Below, one piece after another: positions 36,389 through 47,957 of a DNA stretch of 64,000 bases. The notes under the pieces are model-generated. The model saw only the letters and a program-made list of their open reading frames with translations. It was not told the DNA's origin and made no database searches. The translations under genes were made by a program, and so were the position numbers. The first letter of the stretch is position 1, and every line of letters starts with the position of its first letter. Origin of the DNA: Podarcis erhardii (Eukaryota); assembly GCA_964252035.1 (NCBI GenBank), contig OZ176206.1, one strand, 5' to 3'.

Positions 36389-36709
36389 CAGGGGTCAGCA
36401 ACCTTTTTCAGCCGTGGGCCGGTCCACCATCCCTCAGACCTTGTGGGGGCTGGACTATATTTTGAAAAAAAAATATGAACGAATTCCTATGCCCCACAAA
36501 TAACCCAGAGATTCATTTTTAAATAAAAGCACACATTCTACTCATGTAAAAACACTAGGCAGGCCCACAAATAACCCAGCAATGCATTTTAAATACAAGG
36601 ACACATTATACTCATGTAAAAACATGCTGACTCCCGGACCGTCCGCAGGCTGGATTGAGAAGGCAATTGGGCCACATCCGGCCCCCAGGCCTTAGGTTGC
36701 CTACCCCTG
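36389..36709. mobile_element. hAT-type MITE in RRAD intron
   Basis: TIR CAGGGGTCAGCAACCT / AGGTTGCCTACCCCTG; TSD only partly preserved (CATAT core on both sides). Confidence 0.7.
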
Positions 36710-36996
36710 GCATATAGCCACCTTGGTTTGGCCCAGGCTCATATATACCAGGCAGGTAGAGGAGTGCCCTTTTGTGGGGATTTTCTGGAAGAAGTTTAAT
36801 TTTTTTAAAGTGTTTTGATTGTACAATATCCATTTCCCCGCCATGAGGTCTAGTGGCTTACTTTGAAAAAATCGACCCACAGTGGGATGATTCCTCCCCC
36901 AACTCAAGTTGCTAAAATAGTTACCAAGTAAAAAATGTCTAACCTAATGTTTACTTTGTTCAGTACAAACCTCTCTATTCCTATTTTTAACTGTAG

Positions 36997-37201
36997 GATG
37001 ATAGTCAATGGCTCCAGAGCCACTGTATGAAAATGGGGGACGCTTACATTATCGTCTACTCAGTGACGGACAAAGTTAGCTTTGAGAAGGCCTCTGAGCT
37101 GAGAATTCAGCTACGAAGAGCGAGACAAACGGAGGACATTCCGATAATTCTCGTAGGAAACAAAAGTGACCTGGTCCGATCACGAGAAGTTTCCGTAGAT
37201 G
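36997..37201 (+). CDS. RRAD: RRAD coding exon 3 (205 nt)
   Basis: DDSQWLQSHCMKMGDAYIIVYSVTDKVSFEKASELRIQLRRARQTEDIPIILVGNKSDLVRSREVSVD (G4 NKSD); CTGTAG acceptor, G|GTAAGT donor. Confidence 0.97.
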
Positions 37202-38284
37202 GTAAGTTACCTTCTCCTAATATAAACTCAAGTGTTGGGCACTTTGCTGTTGGGAGTTGGTGGGGTTCTAACAGTGATTATTGGGAAGAGTTTCCTAAAT
37301 CGCTGAGCTCACCAAGAATTCAACCTGCACTGCTGCAGAGAGGTGGGGGGCAGAATGCAGGAAATGTGAAAGCGCCAACACTGCGTTTGTGGGGGCTGGT
37401 TTCACATATGCATGTTTACTGTTTGATTGCAAGATACAAATGATGACTTCCATGTGCCAATGGACCACTGTAGATCTAATCCCAAGCAGGATACCTGAAA
37501 ACATAGCAATATATAGCAAATATAGCAATATAGATATAGGAAATGGAGCTGGTTCACATACTCTGGTGCCAATCCAGTGTAAAGAAGTCAAATGACGCTT
37601 GTGTTTCTGTGTGAACCAGCCATTTGTCACTGAAGTAAGCTGTCTAAACCTAGGCACTGTAATCCTGGCAGCCTGACCCTATCTATAGAGGTGGGCTACA
37701 AGTTTGAACATAGGAAAATGCCTTATACTGACTCAGTCCATTGGTCCATCTATCTCAGGACAATCTACACTGAATGGCAGAGGCTCTCAATATTTCAGAT
37801 GGGAGACATCCCCAGCCCTATATGGAGATGTCGGGGATTGAACCTGGGACCTTCTGCATGCAAAGCAAATGCTCTATCACTAAGCTACAGACCATACCCA
37901 TGTATCTAACCAAGCAGATTCCTGAAACACTACAAGACATGCTTACCAGTATTGAGCTAGATGGCTAAATTGTCTGATTGAGTATAAGGCAGTTTCCTAT
38001 GTATGTATGCGCCCACACTTGCACCAACATTTGACACTTGAGATAAGAGTTTCTAGTATCTTATTCCTGTGAGTGACTGTAATTTGTTTTAACTGTTTTT
38101 AATATTGAATTTTAATTTGCCATAACCTGCTACTGGTGGGTAATAAATTGAATAATGATAATCTCCCACCCTATGATTTTCAACCCTTGTATAATCTCTT
38201 TCCACCAATATTTGGGAGGAGAGCATGTGCTTTGCTGGCACATCATAGTTTTAAATAATTCGGTGTCCTCCTTCTGCCCTCCAG

Positions 38285-38562
38285 AGGGACGTGCCTGCGC
38301 TGTTGTGTTTGACTGCAAATTCATCGAGACTTCAGCTGCTTTGCATCACAACGTCAAGGACCTGTTTGAGGGGATCATCCGGCAAATCCGGCTACGCAAA
38401 GACAGCAAAGAAGACAATGCCAGGCGGATGGCTAACACCAAAAGGCGGGAGAGCATCAGCAAGAAGGCCAAGCGATTCCTTGGGAGAATTGTAGCCAAGA
38501 ATAACAAGAAGATGGCATTCAAGGCCAAATCCAAATCCTGCCACGACTTGTCAGTCCTTTAA
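38285..38562 (+). CDS. RRAD: RRAD coding exon 4 (278 nt including TAA)
   Basis: (E)GRACAVVFDCKFIETSAALHHNV...KRRESISKKAKRFLGRIVAKNNKKMAFKAKSKSCHDLSVL*; RGK C-terminal CHDLSVL. The spliced CDS is 951 nt = 316 aa. Confidence 0.97.
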
Positions 38563-39174
38563 AAAATGGCTTTCAGCAGGACCAGATGCTGTGTGTGTTT
38601 AGTGTGGGTTGTGAACATGCCTTTGACTGTTGAAAGTGTGTGTGGGGGAAAGGACTTTGAAAACACAAAGCTGCACAGTTGGGAGGAAAAATATGCTCCT
38701 TGATGCCTTACAGTACCGAAGCAAGACTTGGAAGTAAGAATACTGTGTCTTCATGGGTAAAACGGTTTATAAGCTTCAGTGTGTGCAAGCTACTGAACTA
38801 ATTTTCATTCAGCGGCTTTGTATGCCTGCATTCTCACTGTGTATATTTGCCAGCTGTCCTGTGGACATCAGGGGTGCAAAGATAAGAATGGACAATGGTA
38901 CACACACACAAAATGCAAAATGTATCACCATCAACTTGTCTCCTTTGCAGAGCAAAACTTGAATACATGTACGCAGGCTCGTACACTCTCCTCTTTGGTA
39001 AATATATTAAAAAGCAATGATCTTTTAAAAACTAAATGTGGGCTGGTAAAAGGCCATTCAAAGCGCATTTGGATGAGTGAAAGGGAAAAAAATGCAGAAT
39101 ATAGTTTTTTGAAGTTTTAATTTGCACTTTCATTAACTGTTTAATTTGTTAAATTGTTTACATGCAGATTTTAT

Positions 39175-39180
39175 AATAAA
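39175..39180 (+). terminator. RRAD: RRAD polyadenylation signal
   Basis: AATAAA at the end of an AU-rich 3' UTR, followed by GT/T-rich downstream sequence. Confidence 0.7.
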
Positions 39181-39483
39181 GTATTTCTGGTTATAATCTG
39201 TTATCATGTTTTTTTTCCCCTTATAGTAAAGGCATTGGGAGAGCTAGTGGTATTTTAAAAGTGTCCAAAATGCATATCATAGCATTCAAAGTTTGCAGAC
39301 TTTTATTTTTAATTAATAACCAAACAGAAAACGGCAGACCAAGAGAGTCCAAATCTTTATGCAGTAGCTTGCCCCCTAAATTAGGGGAGCTCCAGCAGTT
39401 GTATGCAAATACATGTAAGCCTCAGAGGGATTATTGTTGATTTTAAATGAAGCACAATTTGATAAATTGCTATTTTGAACAGA

Positions 39484-39486
<3 letters not shown>

Positions 39487-39532
<46 letters not shown>
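39487..39532. repeat. (TC)n(TG)n microsatellite
   Basis: Read directly from the sequence. Confidence 0.95.
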
Positions 39533-39533
<1 letters not shown>

Positions 39534-40598
39534 ACATTGCACTCTTTCCCTGTTGATTGTCTTCATACTCCATTGGTTTCCCAAGCTGCCTTCCTCCCAT
39601 AATAAGGCTATGGATAGATATGATTGCAAACAAGGCTGACTCCAAGTTTCAGTGGGCAGGCACCAGCACTGTAATGGAGCCTGCTGTGGTGCTTGGGCCT
39701 CAGATGCTCTGTGGTGATGCTGGGCCTGATATTCAGTACTCAAGCTTTGGAACTCTGAGGTAGCAAGGGAAGAGCCTGAAAGTTAATAGCAAGTTGGCAA
39801 GGCATGGGTTGCACTCTCATTTCTCTCTCCCACTCTTCAGTTCAAAACTGCAGCTTCCTAAGGATGCTTTTCTCTTTAAACTAGGGCTGAGTACAAACAG
39901 AGTAGTACTGGTTTTTCCCCACGTAGTTCACGAACAATCTAGAAGATCTATTGCATATATATTTTTTGCCCATGAAAAGCGCATCTTGAGAAAGTAGTTT
40001 CATTCTGAAAATGAACACTCATTGCAGATTGAGTCTGTGTTATCACGCAATGTGTCTATTTCAAAATGGACCTAAGTGATCCTGGTGTTGTAGGGGGCAT
40101 CCAAGATCATATATCATGATCACAACCGCCACTTCCTTCTTCAGTCACCTGGGGCATGTACGGGGGGGAGGAGCGTGGATTACATATGAACATAAGATCC
40201 TGCTGGATCAGACCAATGGTCCATCTAGTCCAGCACCCTGCCAGCAGAGGCCAACCAGATGCCTGTGGGAAAGCTGTAAGCAGGATTCAAGCCCAAGAGC
40301 ACTCTCTCCTCCTTGGCTCCAGCAAGTGGTATTCAGAAGCCTCTGACTGGAGGCAGAGCACAGCCATCATGGCCAGCAGCCAGTCGATAGCCCTCTCCTG
40401 CATGAATTTGTCTAATCCTCCAGTGGGAACGAGTTCCATATTTTCACTATGTGCTGCATGAAGAAGTCCTTTCTTTTCCCTGCTCTGAATCTTCCAACAC
40501 TCGGCTTCAATGGGTGCCCATGAACTCTAGCATTATGAGAAAAGGAGAAATGCTTTTCTCTATCATTTTCTCCGTATCATGCAGAGTTATTTTTTTTA

Positions 40599-40840
40599 CA
40601 GTGGTACCTCGGGTTACATACGCATCAGGTTACATACGCTTCAGGTTACAGACTCCGCTAACCCAGAAATAGTGCTTCAGGTTAAGAACTTTGCTTCAGG
40701 ATGAGAACAGAAATCTTGCTACAGCGGTGCAGCAGCAGCAGGAGGCTCCATTAGCTAAAGTGGTGCTTCAGGTTAAGAACAGTTTCAGGTTAAGAATGGA
40801 CCTCTGGAACGAATTAAGTACTTAACCCGAGGTACCACTG
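40599..40840 (-). mobile_element. MITE family A, copy 5
   Basis: TIRs, TA TSD, 242 bp, inverted relative to copy 1. Confidence 0.9.
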
Positions 40841-41821
40841 TACTTGTCTTTAACCTAACCTAACCTAACCTAACCAAGTGAAGGTTTCTAAAAGTTTTCC
40901 AAGTAACCACACCCACCCCTGCAGGCAGCAAGAACTTGAATCGATCTAGATTGAAAGCAGCATGTTGAGGGTGAACACGAATAAATCCAGGTGGAGAAAA
41001 ACTACACTTTTGTTATCCAAACAGGCTAGTGTGCATGCAGCCTCCATTTACAATTCTAGTCCAGTTATGGGGCTTACATCTGACTTGGCATGTATAGAAT
41101 GGCTCTGTAAAATACAGCAATGGCGGAGAGGCCTTCTGAATTTAGCCCTACACAGGTAGCCTAATGGCCATTGTTTATGTTCAAATGAATTCAGGCAAAA
41201 GGAACAAGTTAGCCCACCTCATCCACGTAGCAGAGACTCTCAATGGATTGTACAGAAATGATACTCCTGACATATTTTTGGACATTCACTCTTATTTATT
41301 ACGCACAATTTGAACCTGTTCTTTCATTTCAGCTATTGGTAGGATTAGAAAATAAAGTTTCAGCTGCTATAACCCTCTCTCTTTTACATTCCCGTTAAGA
41401 TTTTGTGAGCAAAATGGGGAGGCCATGATTATGTTCTTCTTGGAGACACAGCCAGCTCCAGCTGCTCCCACCACCTCCAAAGTGATAAGTTGAAAATGCT
41501 TTTTTAAAATAAGTATAAGCTCTATTTAAAGCTCAGCTGTTCTCATGGTGCAATATATTACGATGCGTCAGTTGCAATAACGCAGCAGAGCAAGTGTGAC
41601 CGCAGGATCTCCTCAAGGACACAGTTAATGGTTGCGCTCATGAATACATCTCATTGTAAATCACACTCGGTTTTTATGGATAGGCCTCTTGAAAAACTCT
41701 CTTGAGCTGAAAATATTTGTCAGGAACAGAGGCTGTCATCAGCTAAATATTCCTATTGAAATCAAACAATACAAGTGTTTAGGTTGCATCTTTCAGGTGG
41801 TCAAAGTACTTTACAACTGAT

Positions 41822-42240
41822 TATAGAATCATAGGATTGAAAGGAACCCCAAAAGCCATCTAGTCTAATCCACTGCCAGTGCAGGAGACCTGCTGCCACA
41901 CCGGCCCTGATAGGTGGCCATTCTCCCTCCACTTAGGAATCTGTAATGAAGGACAACTCACCACCTTCCAAGACAATCTATCTGACCCTCAAAGCAGGAA
42001 GTTCTTCCTAAATCAAAAGGGGTAGTTGAAATCCCCTTTCTTCACTTCCACCTTCTGGAGTGGCAGAAACAAATTTCTTTCATCATTTGTGAGACAGCCC
42101 TTCAAACACTGGAAAATTGTTATCATGTCATCTTTCCATCATCTCCTCTCCAGGCAAAGTAATCTGTCCACCATCAACATTTCCTGCTGGGACCATCTCC
42201 TTCAGGCTCCTCACCATTTTTGTTGCCCTGCTCTTTATTT
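41822..42240 (-). mobile_element. CR1 LINE 3' end
   Basis: The plus strand begins TATAGAATCATAGGATTG, the reverse complement of the CR1 ATTCT(R)TG-type terminus, followed by degenerate CR1 body. Right boundary approximate. Confidence 0.6.
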
Positions 42241-42697
42241 CTCAGAGCAGACTCATTGAAATTAATGGACATGACTAAGTTATGTCCATTAATTTCTACT
42301 TAGTTGAATGCCACCCTGTGTTGTTGTTGTTGTGGTGGTGGTGGTGGTTTATATATGGCTATCACTGTACATGGCACTTTATAGCATGTCAGATTCAGGA
42401 AAGCTTATTTATATCTAGTCAGTTTGTCATACTAAGTAGCTGCTGCCAGAACTTTTTTTTTTTGCAAGAAAGTAGACACTGTCTACAATACCATCTATTC
42501 AAGAATGGGCTGACAAATTATGGAAATTTGTCATAATGACTCAGCTAAGACATTTTATCAAATTCAGGGAGCAAAACAAAGACATTACAAATATATGACA
42601 GGGTGGATTAATGTTACTGCATATAGCAAAAAAGGGGGAGCTAGTTTCAAAGGCAAGCTATAGCTTCACAACACTTCAGTACTAATAAAGTAAAATA

Positions 42698-43052
42698 CAG
42701 TGGTGCCCCACAAGACGAACGCCTCGCAAGACAGAAAACCCGCTAGACGAAAGGGTTTTCCATTTTGGAGGCGCTTCGCAAAACAAATTTCCCTATGGGC
42801 TTGCTTCGCAAGATGAAATGTCTTGCGAGTTCCTGCGGGTTTTTCCCCCTTTCCCCCCCTTTCCCTAAGCCGCTAAGCCACTTATCAGCTGATCCGCTGA
42901 TAAGCCGCTTATCAGCTGATCCGCTAAAAGCCGCCAAACCGCTAATAGCGCTAATCCGCTAAGCTGTCAATGGGCTTGCTTCGCAAGATGAAAAAACCGC
43001 TATACGAAGAGCCTCACGGAACGGATTAATTTCGTCTTGCGAGGCACCACTG
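42698..43052 (+). mobile_element. Tc1/mariner (pogo-like) MITE, family B, copy 1 (355 bp)
   Basis: TIR CAGTGGTGCC(CCA/TCG)CAAGACGAA, TA TSD; near-identical to 62349-62676. Confidence 0.9.
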
Positions 43053-43762
43053 TATTTAAAAAAACAGGCTGATTACACAAAGTATTGTACAGTGGCATCA
43101 CACTTATAATTAAAAATAAGAAATCAGGGTAATTTATATAGGAAAATCTCATTTGGGAAATGGGATAAAGACAATCAAGCTTCTTCCTCCATTGTTTTCT
43201 TTTTCTTTTTCTGGGGCAGAAAATTGAAGACCTCTTCTCGTATGCAGATTCATAACCTCCTTCATGGCAAAAGAAGTTACAGAAGTGGGATGCAATAAGG
43301 TAAGATAAAACTGAAAGGAGTACATACACAGTGAATTAAAGGAAGGAAAACCAGTTCTATAGTTACACCAGGGGTGCCATCTCATCCTCAGGATTGTGGG
43401 TGCCTGCCGCCGCAACACAGACATGCAACATCACATGCACACACCTGTATGTAGTGCGTGGGACATCACACGCACCACATGCAGGCGTGTATGTGTGACG
43501 TTGCATGTCCATGTTACAACGGTCAGTAGCAGCTCCTCTTCCTCCTCTCTGCAGCCAGTGAGGTACCCTTGTCTGTGGGAGGGGCTTGGACTTGAGGCAG
43601 AGAGACTATGCCTCCACATCCAAGCCCCCCCCCCCGGTGCCTCCCTTGCTGGCTGTGGAGGGTGGAGCTGAATTGCTTCTCTCTTGGAGGCAGCGCTGCT
43701 GCCAGCTGTTGGCTTTTTTCATGGACTTTGTGGGTGCACAGTCCCCACAATTATATTATTGT

Positions 43763-44076
43763 GGGACTTGCCGATCAGAAGGTCAGCAGTTCGAATCCCC
43801 GTGACGGGGTGAGCTCCCATTGCTTGGTCCCTGCTCCTGCCAACCTAGCAGTTCGAAAGCATGTCAAAGTGCAAGTGGATAAATAGGTACTGCTCCAGCA
43901 GGAAGGTAAACGGCGTTTCCATGCGCTGCTCTGGTTTGCCAGAAGCGGCTTAGTCATGCTGGCCACATGACTCAGAAGCTGTACGCCGGCTCCCTCAGCC
44001 AATAAAGCGAGATGAGCACCGCAACCCCAGAGTCGGCCATGACTGGACCTAATGACTGGGGTCCCTTTACCTTTTT
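43763..44076 (+). mobile_element. Sauria SINE, 5'-truncated
   Basis: Colinear with 10947-11296 from GGACTTGCCGAT onward; ends CCCTTTACCTTT. Confidence 0.85.
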
Positions 44077-44779
44077 AAGCACCCACAGCTCCCTGGAGTT
44101 GGCTTCTGTGAGTTATGCAATTATTATCCTGTCATTGTCGTTGTCATTTATTCAGGGAAAGCCTTCTTCAACAACAACAAAATGTCTTCAAAAGCATGTT
44201 CAAAGCACGTTTCCAGGCTCCATGTGCTGCTCTGTCCATCCAGTCTGCAACAATGAGGCCAGAGCACTCCTCTGTTCCCAAGCACAGCTTATTTATATCA
44301 CTGTTGGTGCTGCACGTGCAAGTTCCATGTGTGACAGGTAGGCATGTGACACTGCTGGTCTAGCACATCTGTGCCCTTAGGGGAAGCCATCTTGATGTCT
44401 CCTGGGGCCCCTGAAAATGACCCCAAAGCCTCAGGGCCAAAACCACAGCCCTGGCAGATAGAAATACAACAATATATTGACAACGGACTGCATAAAATCC
44501 CTTTCCAAGTAAAAGTGAAAAAGCAAGCAGGTAACTTAGTAGGAAGTTATTGATTACAAGCTTATGAAGTGTATATTGTGTGTGTGTGTGGGAATCTTTC
44601 TCCCACATACACCCACCCAGGAACACTTGAACACTCTTACAAAACACCAGCCTACACACGTTGACACATGCAGGACTCTCCGATGATAGCACAGGCACAC
44701 ACAGTCAGAACTCTCACTCCTTCCTCCCCAGTGAAAGAACAGTCATTAAATCACTATTGTATTCCATTGACCCACTTAG

Positions 44780-44782
<3 letters not shown>

Positions 44783-44824
<42 letters not shown>
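44783..44824. repeat. (GT)n microsatellite
   Basis: Read directly from the sequence. Confidence 0.95.
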
Positions 44825-44828
<4 letters not shown>

Positions 44829-45116
44829 TTTTGCTCACAGGTTATAATGATTAAAACCTTTGTTTCAACAACAGACATTGCAACTACTTCTGCCACTTCT
44901 TCTTTGCCTCCTATTAAGTTAAAAACCTAAATGAGTGCTTTTGTTGTGTGTATGGCTGATGCTGTTCTGTGAATCACCTTCAATGCTTCTTGTGGTTTTG
45001 ATTCAGGTTTCAACAAGATGCTGCTCATTAAAAAAGAACTTTACTTAATCTTGGGGAAGGGTCGTAGCTCAGTGGCGGAGCTTCTGCTTTGCATGCAGAA
45101 GGTCCCAAGTTCAGTC

Positions 45117-45420
45117 GAAGAAGAAGAAGAAGAAGAAGAAGAAGAAGAAGAAGAAGAAGAAGAAGAAGAAGAGGAGGAGGAGGAGGAGGAGGAGTTTGGA
45201 TTTGATATCCCGCTTTATCACTACCCGAAGGAGTATCAAAGCGGCTAACATTCTCCTTTCCCTTCCTCCCCCACAACAAACACTCTGTGAGGTGAGTGGG
45301 GCTGAGAGACTTCAGAGAAGTGTGACTGGCCCAAGGTCACCCAGCAGCTGCATGTGGAGGAGCAGAGATGCGAACCCGGTTCCCCAGATTACGAGACTAC
45401 CGCTCTTAACCACTACACCA
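45117..45420 (-). mobile_element. MIR/Squam2-like tRNA-derived SINE with a (TCC)n(TTC)n tail, nested in a Squam3-like SINE
   Basis: The minus strand starts GTGGTGTAGTGGTTAAGAGC (A box) ... GGGTTCGCATC (B box); the tail is the (GAA)n(GGA)n run at 45117-45194 on plus. Host SINE halves lie at about 45050-45116 and 45421-45550. Confidence 0.7.
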
Positions 45421-46469
45421 CACCATGAGATCTCTAGACCTCAGCTTGAAACCCTAGAGAGCTGCTACCACTCAGTGCTGCCACTCAGTGTGGACAATAC
45501 TGAGCTAGCCTGACCATTGGTCTGACTCAGTACAAGGTAGCTTCTTATACATCACTGCATGGAGGAGCATTATATTCACCTTGTGGCACCATGGGGACTT
45601 TGGGGAGGATGGCTGTAGCTCATGTGCCGAGCATGTGCTCTCCCTGCAAAAGGTCTCAGGTTCTGCCAGCTCTGTCATCCAGAGGGTATAACACCAGAGG
45701 GTATTCCTCAGAAGGAATAACTGAGGGCACGGAGAAGCTATCAACCCGATTCTCCAGAATCTGCCGCCTGAGGCGGTCGCCTCACTTTGCCTAATGGTAG
45801 GGCAGGTCCTGCAATTGTATTCTGAATAGCTACAGAGAAATATTGCTGGTATGCAGCACTTAGAAGAAACATTAAACAAATAAATGTTTAAAATATTCTG
45901 TTCCCTGCCAAGAGAGTATATTGCATAAGGCACACTCCTGGTAAATTTTTTTTTTTTAAAATGAATTCAGTTCCTAATAACCACATAGACTTCATTGTTT
46001 TCCGTTAAAATGACAAATATTTCCCCCCATTGGCAGTTGCAGTTGCCATCTGTTACTTAATAAGTATTTTCTGTGACTCATGAGTCAATTTCCAGCATGG
46101 GCTTAGAACATTGCCATTATATGGCTTCCATTCTCTCTCTGGCACCCCCACCCCAGTAACTAACTAGGCTTTTATAACGTCAATACAGACAGCTGTAAAG
46201 ATAAAAGAATACTGATAGTGAAGTATTGGCTGTTTCCATTGCTGGTACAATACTGGTGCTTTAATTAACTGCTGCATGTAGCTGTACTCTTCAAGATGGG
46301 TTTTCTTTTTTAAAAAATTGCCCCATTTCCCCCTTTGAGAACACCTACCAGTTGAAACCACTATCTTCAGCATTTTCAGACCCACTTTTAAGCCACAGCT
46401 GCAACATGGAGCACATTTGGGATTGACAGCTTAAGTCTCTCATGGCCACATCAAAATTCCCTCTATTTT

Positions 46470-46905
46470 AATTTTATTTAACGACATTGAAATGCCACTT
46501 GATTGCAAGAAAACTGCTAAGCAGTTTACCAAAATATAAAATAAAACATTAAAATGATTGACTAATAAAAGAGGTGAAAACTGGTATTAAATATAAATAT
46601 ATCAAAAGATGCTTAAAATCAACACCAGGTAAAAAGAAATAAGACACATGCAATTTCTGCATGTCTGGATGGGTTTGCTTAAATAAAAATGTTTTAAGCA
46701 AGAGCGGAAAAGAGGACAGTGAAGGGGTCTGCCTGATGTCAATAGGCAGGGAGATCCATAGGTGCTGCCACCCTAAAATATTATTATGTGGCACCTGTAG
46801 CAGTGGGGTAATGCAATCCCACACATTAGCTGGTCTCAATATGCTATGGGCTTTATATACTAATGGGTTCCCAGTGCAGATCTCTGAGCAGAGGTGTTCT
46901 GTTGG
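46470..46905 (-). mobile_element. L2 LINE 3' fragment
   Basis: Minus-strand translation LWISLPIDIRQTPSLSSF..LLKTFLFKQ matches the L2 ORF2 C-terminal signature; followed by an AT-rich 3' UTR. Confidence 0.7.
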
Positions 46906-47912
46906 CAGGCTATTAACAATTAACATTGGCATATGGTGACATGTGAATGAAGGGCAAGCAATGGCAGGCAGCATATCTCCAGGGTTTCTGGCAGGAGTCT
47001 TTCCCATCACAACCTGAAAAAGCCAGGAAAGGGATCTGGGGCCTTCTGCATCTAATCAGGTACTCTACCACTAGGGATGGGGAGAAATTTGGCTTTGTTA
47101 GGATTTTAATGCGAACCTACCTGAAAACTCCAAATGTTTCCACTGGCCCAAAAAGGTCGGTGACCTCTGTTTTATTTACAAATATAACAGTAGTAGAGCA
47201 TAGGTAGAGGCACGTAGTGTATGCATTCCTACCAGGCAGCGGATCAACCATCTGATATCAGATCGCCAGAGAGAGGAACTCCATGCCCTATCAGGCTGGT
47301 TGCCTCCAACCTTTACCATGAGACTGAGATAATGGTGATGCTTTGAATCCCTGGGAATGGGGTGTTGTTGCGCTGGCAATCCCAGCCATCCAGCTGCACT
47401 GTCCAAGAGCTTTTAAAAGAGCTTGAAAGGCATGCACTTTTTATGCAACGCTTTCTCTCCCTCCCTCTCCTCTCCCCAGCTCTTTAAAGACATTGCTTTA
47501 ATACAAATGATACCGTGTTTGCATAAGAAGCAGGAATTTAAGAGATTATCTTTTGCCTGGGTGGAATGGGGGGCAGGCAAGGGAGGAATCAACAGCAGAC
47601 AGAAAGGAATTGGAACCCTACTAGCAAAGACAATAGTGCACAATGGTGCTTTCTGGGCATTGCTTCCCCCCTTCCCTTCCCATGCAGAACAGTACGTGTG
47701 GATGTGAGAAGTTGAGTGCCTTGTTCTCTGGGATTAGCACCTTGCTTTTTAACTGGCTGTTAGATGAGATCTGGGCAGTAAACAAGAGAGGAAAATATAG
47801 AAACCATGTGACAGATTGTTCCATTGCTGTAGATGGCGGTTCGGTCGGTTCTGGCTTACTGATGTTTGGTGGCGAAATGTCAGGCAGAAGATAAGCAGGC
47901 TAAAAGAAGGTT

Positions 47913-47916
<4 letters not shown>

Positions 47917-47954
<38 letters not shown>
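47917..47954. repeat. (TC)n microsatellite
   Basis: Read directly from the sequence. Confidence 0.95.

Positions 47955-47957
<3 letters not shown>

Noticed and set aside
40851-40875. (TAACC)5, i.e. the insect-type telomere repeat TTAGG
   Set aside because: Only 25 bp; best explained as an ordinary pentanucleotide microsatellite, not an interstitial telomere or contamination.
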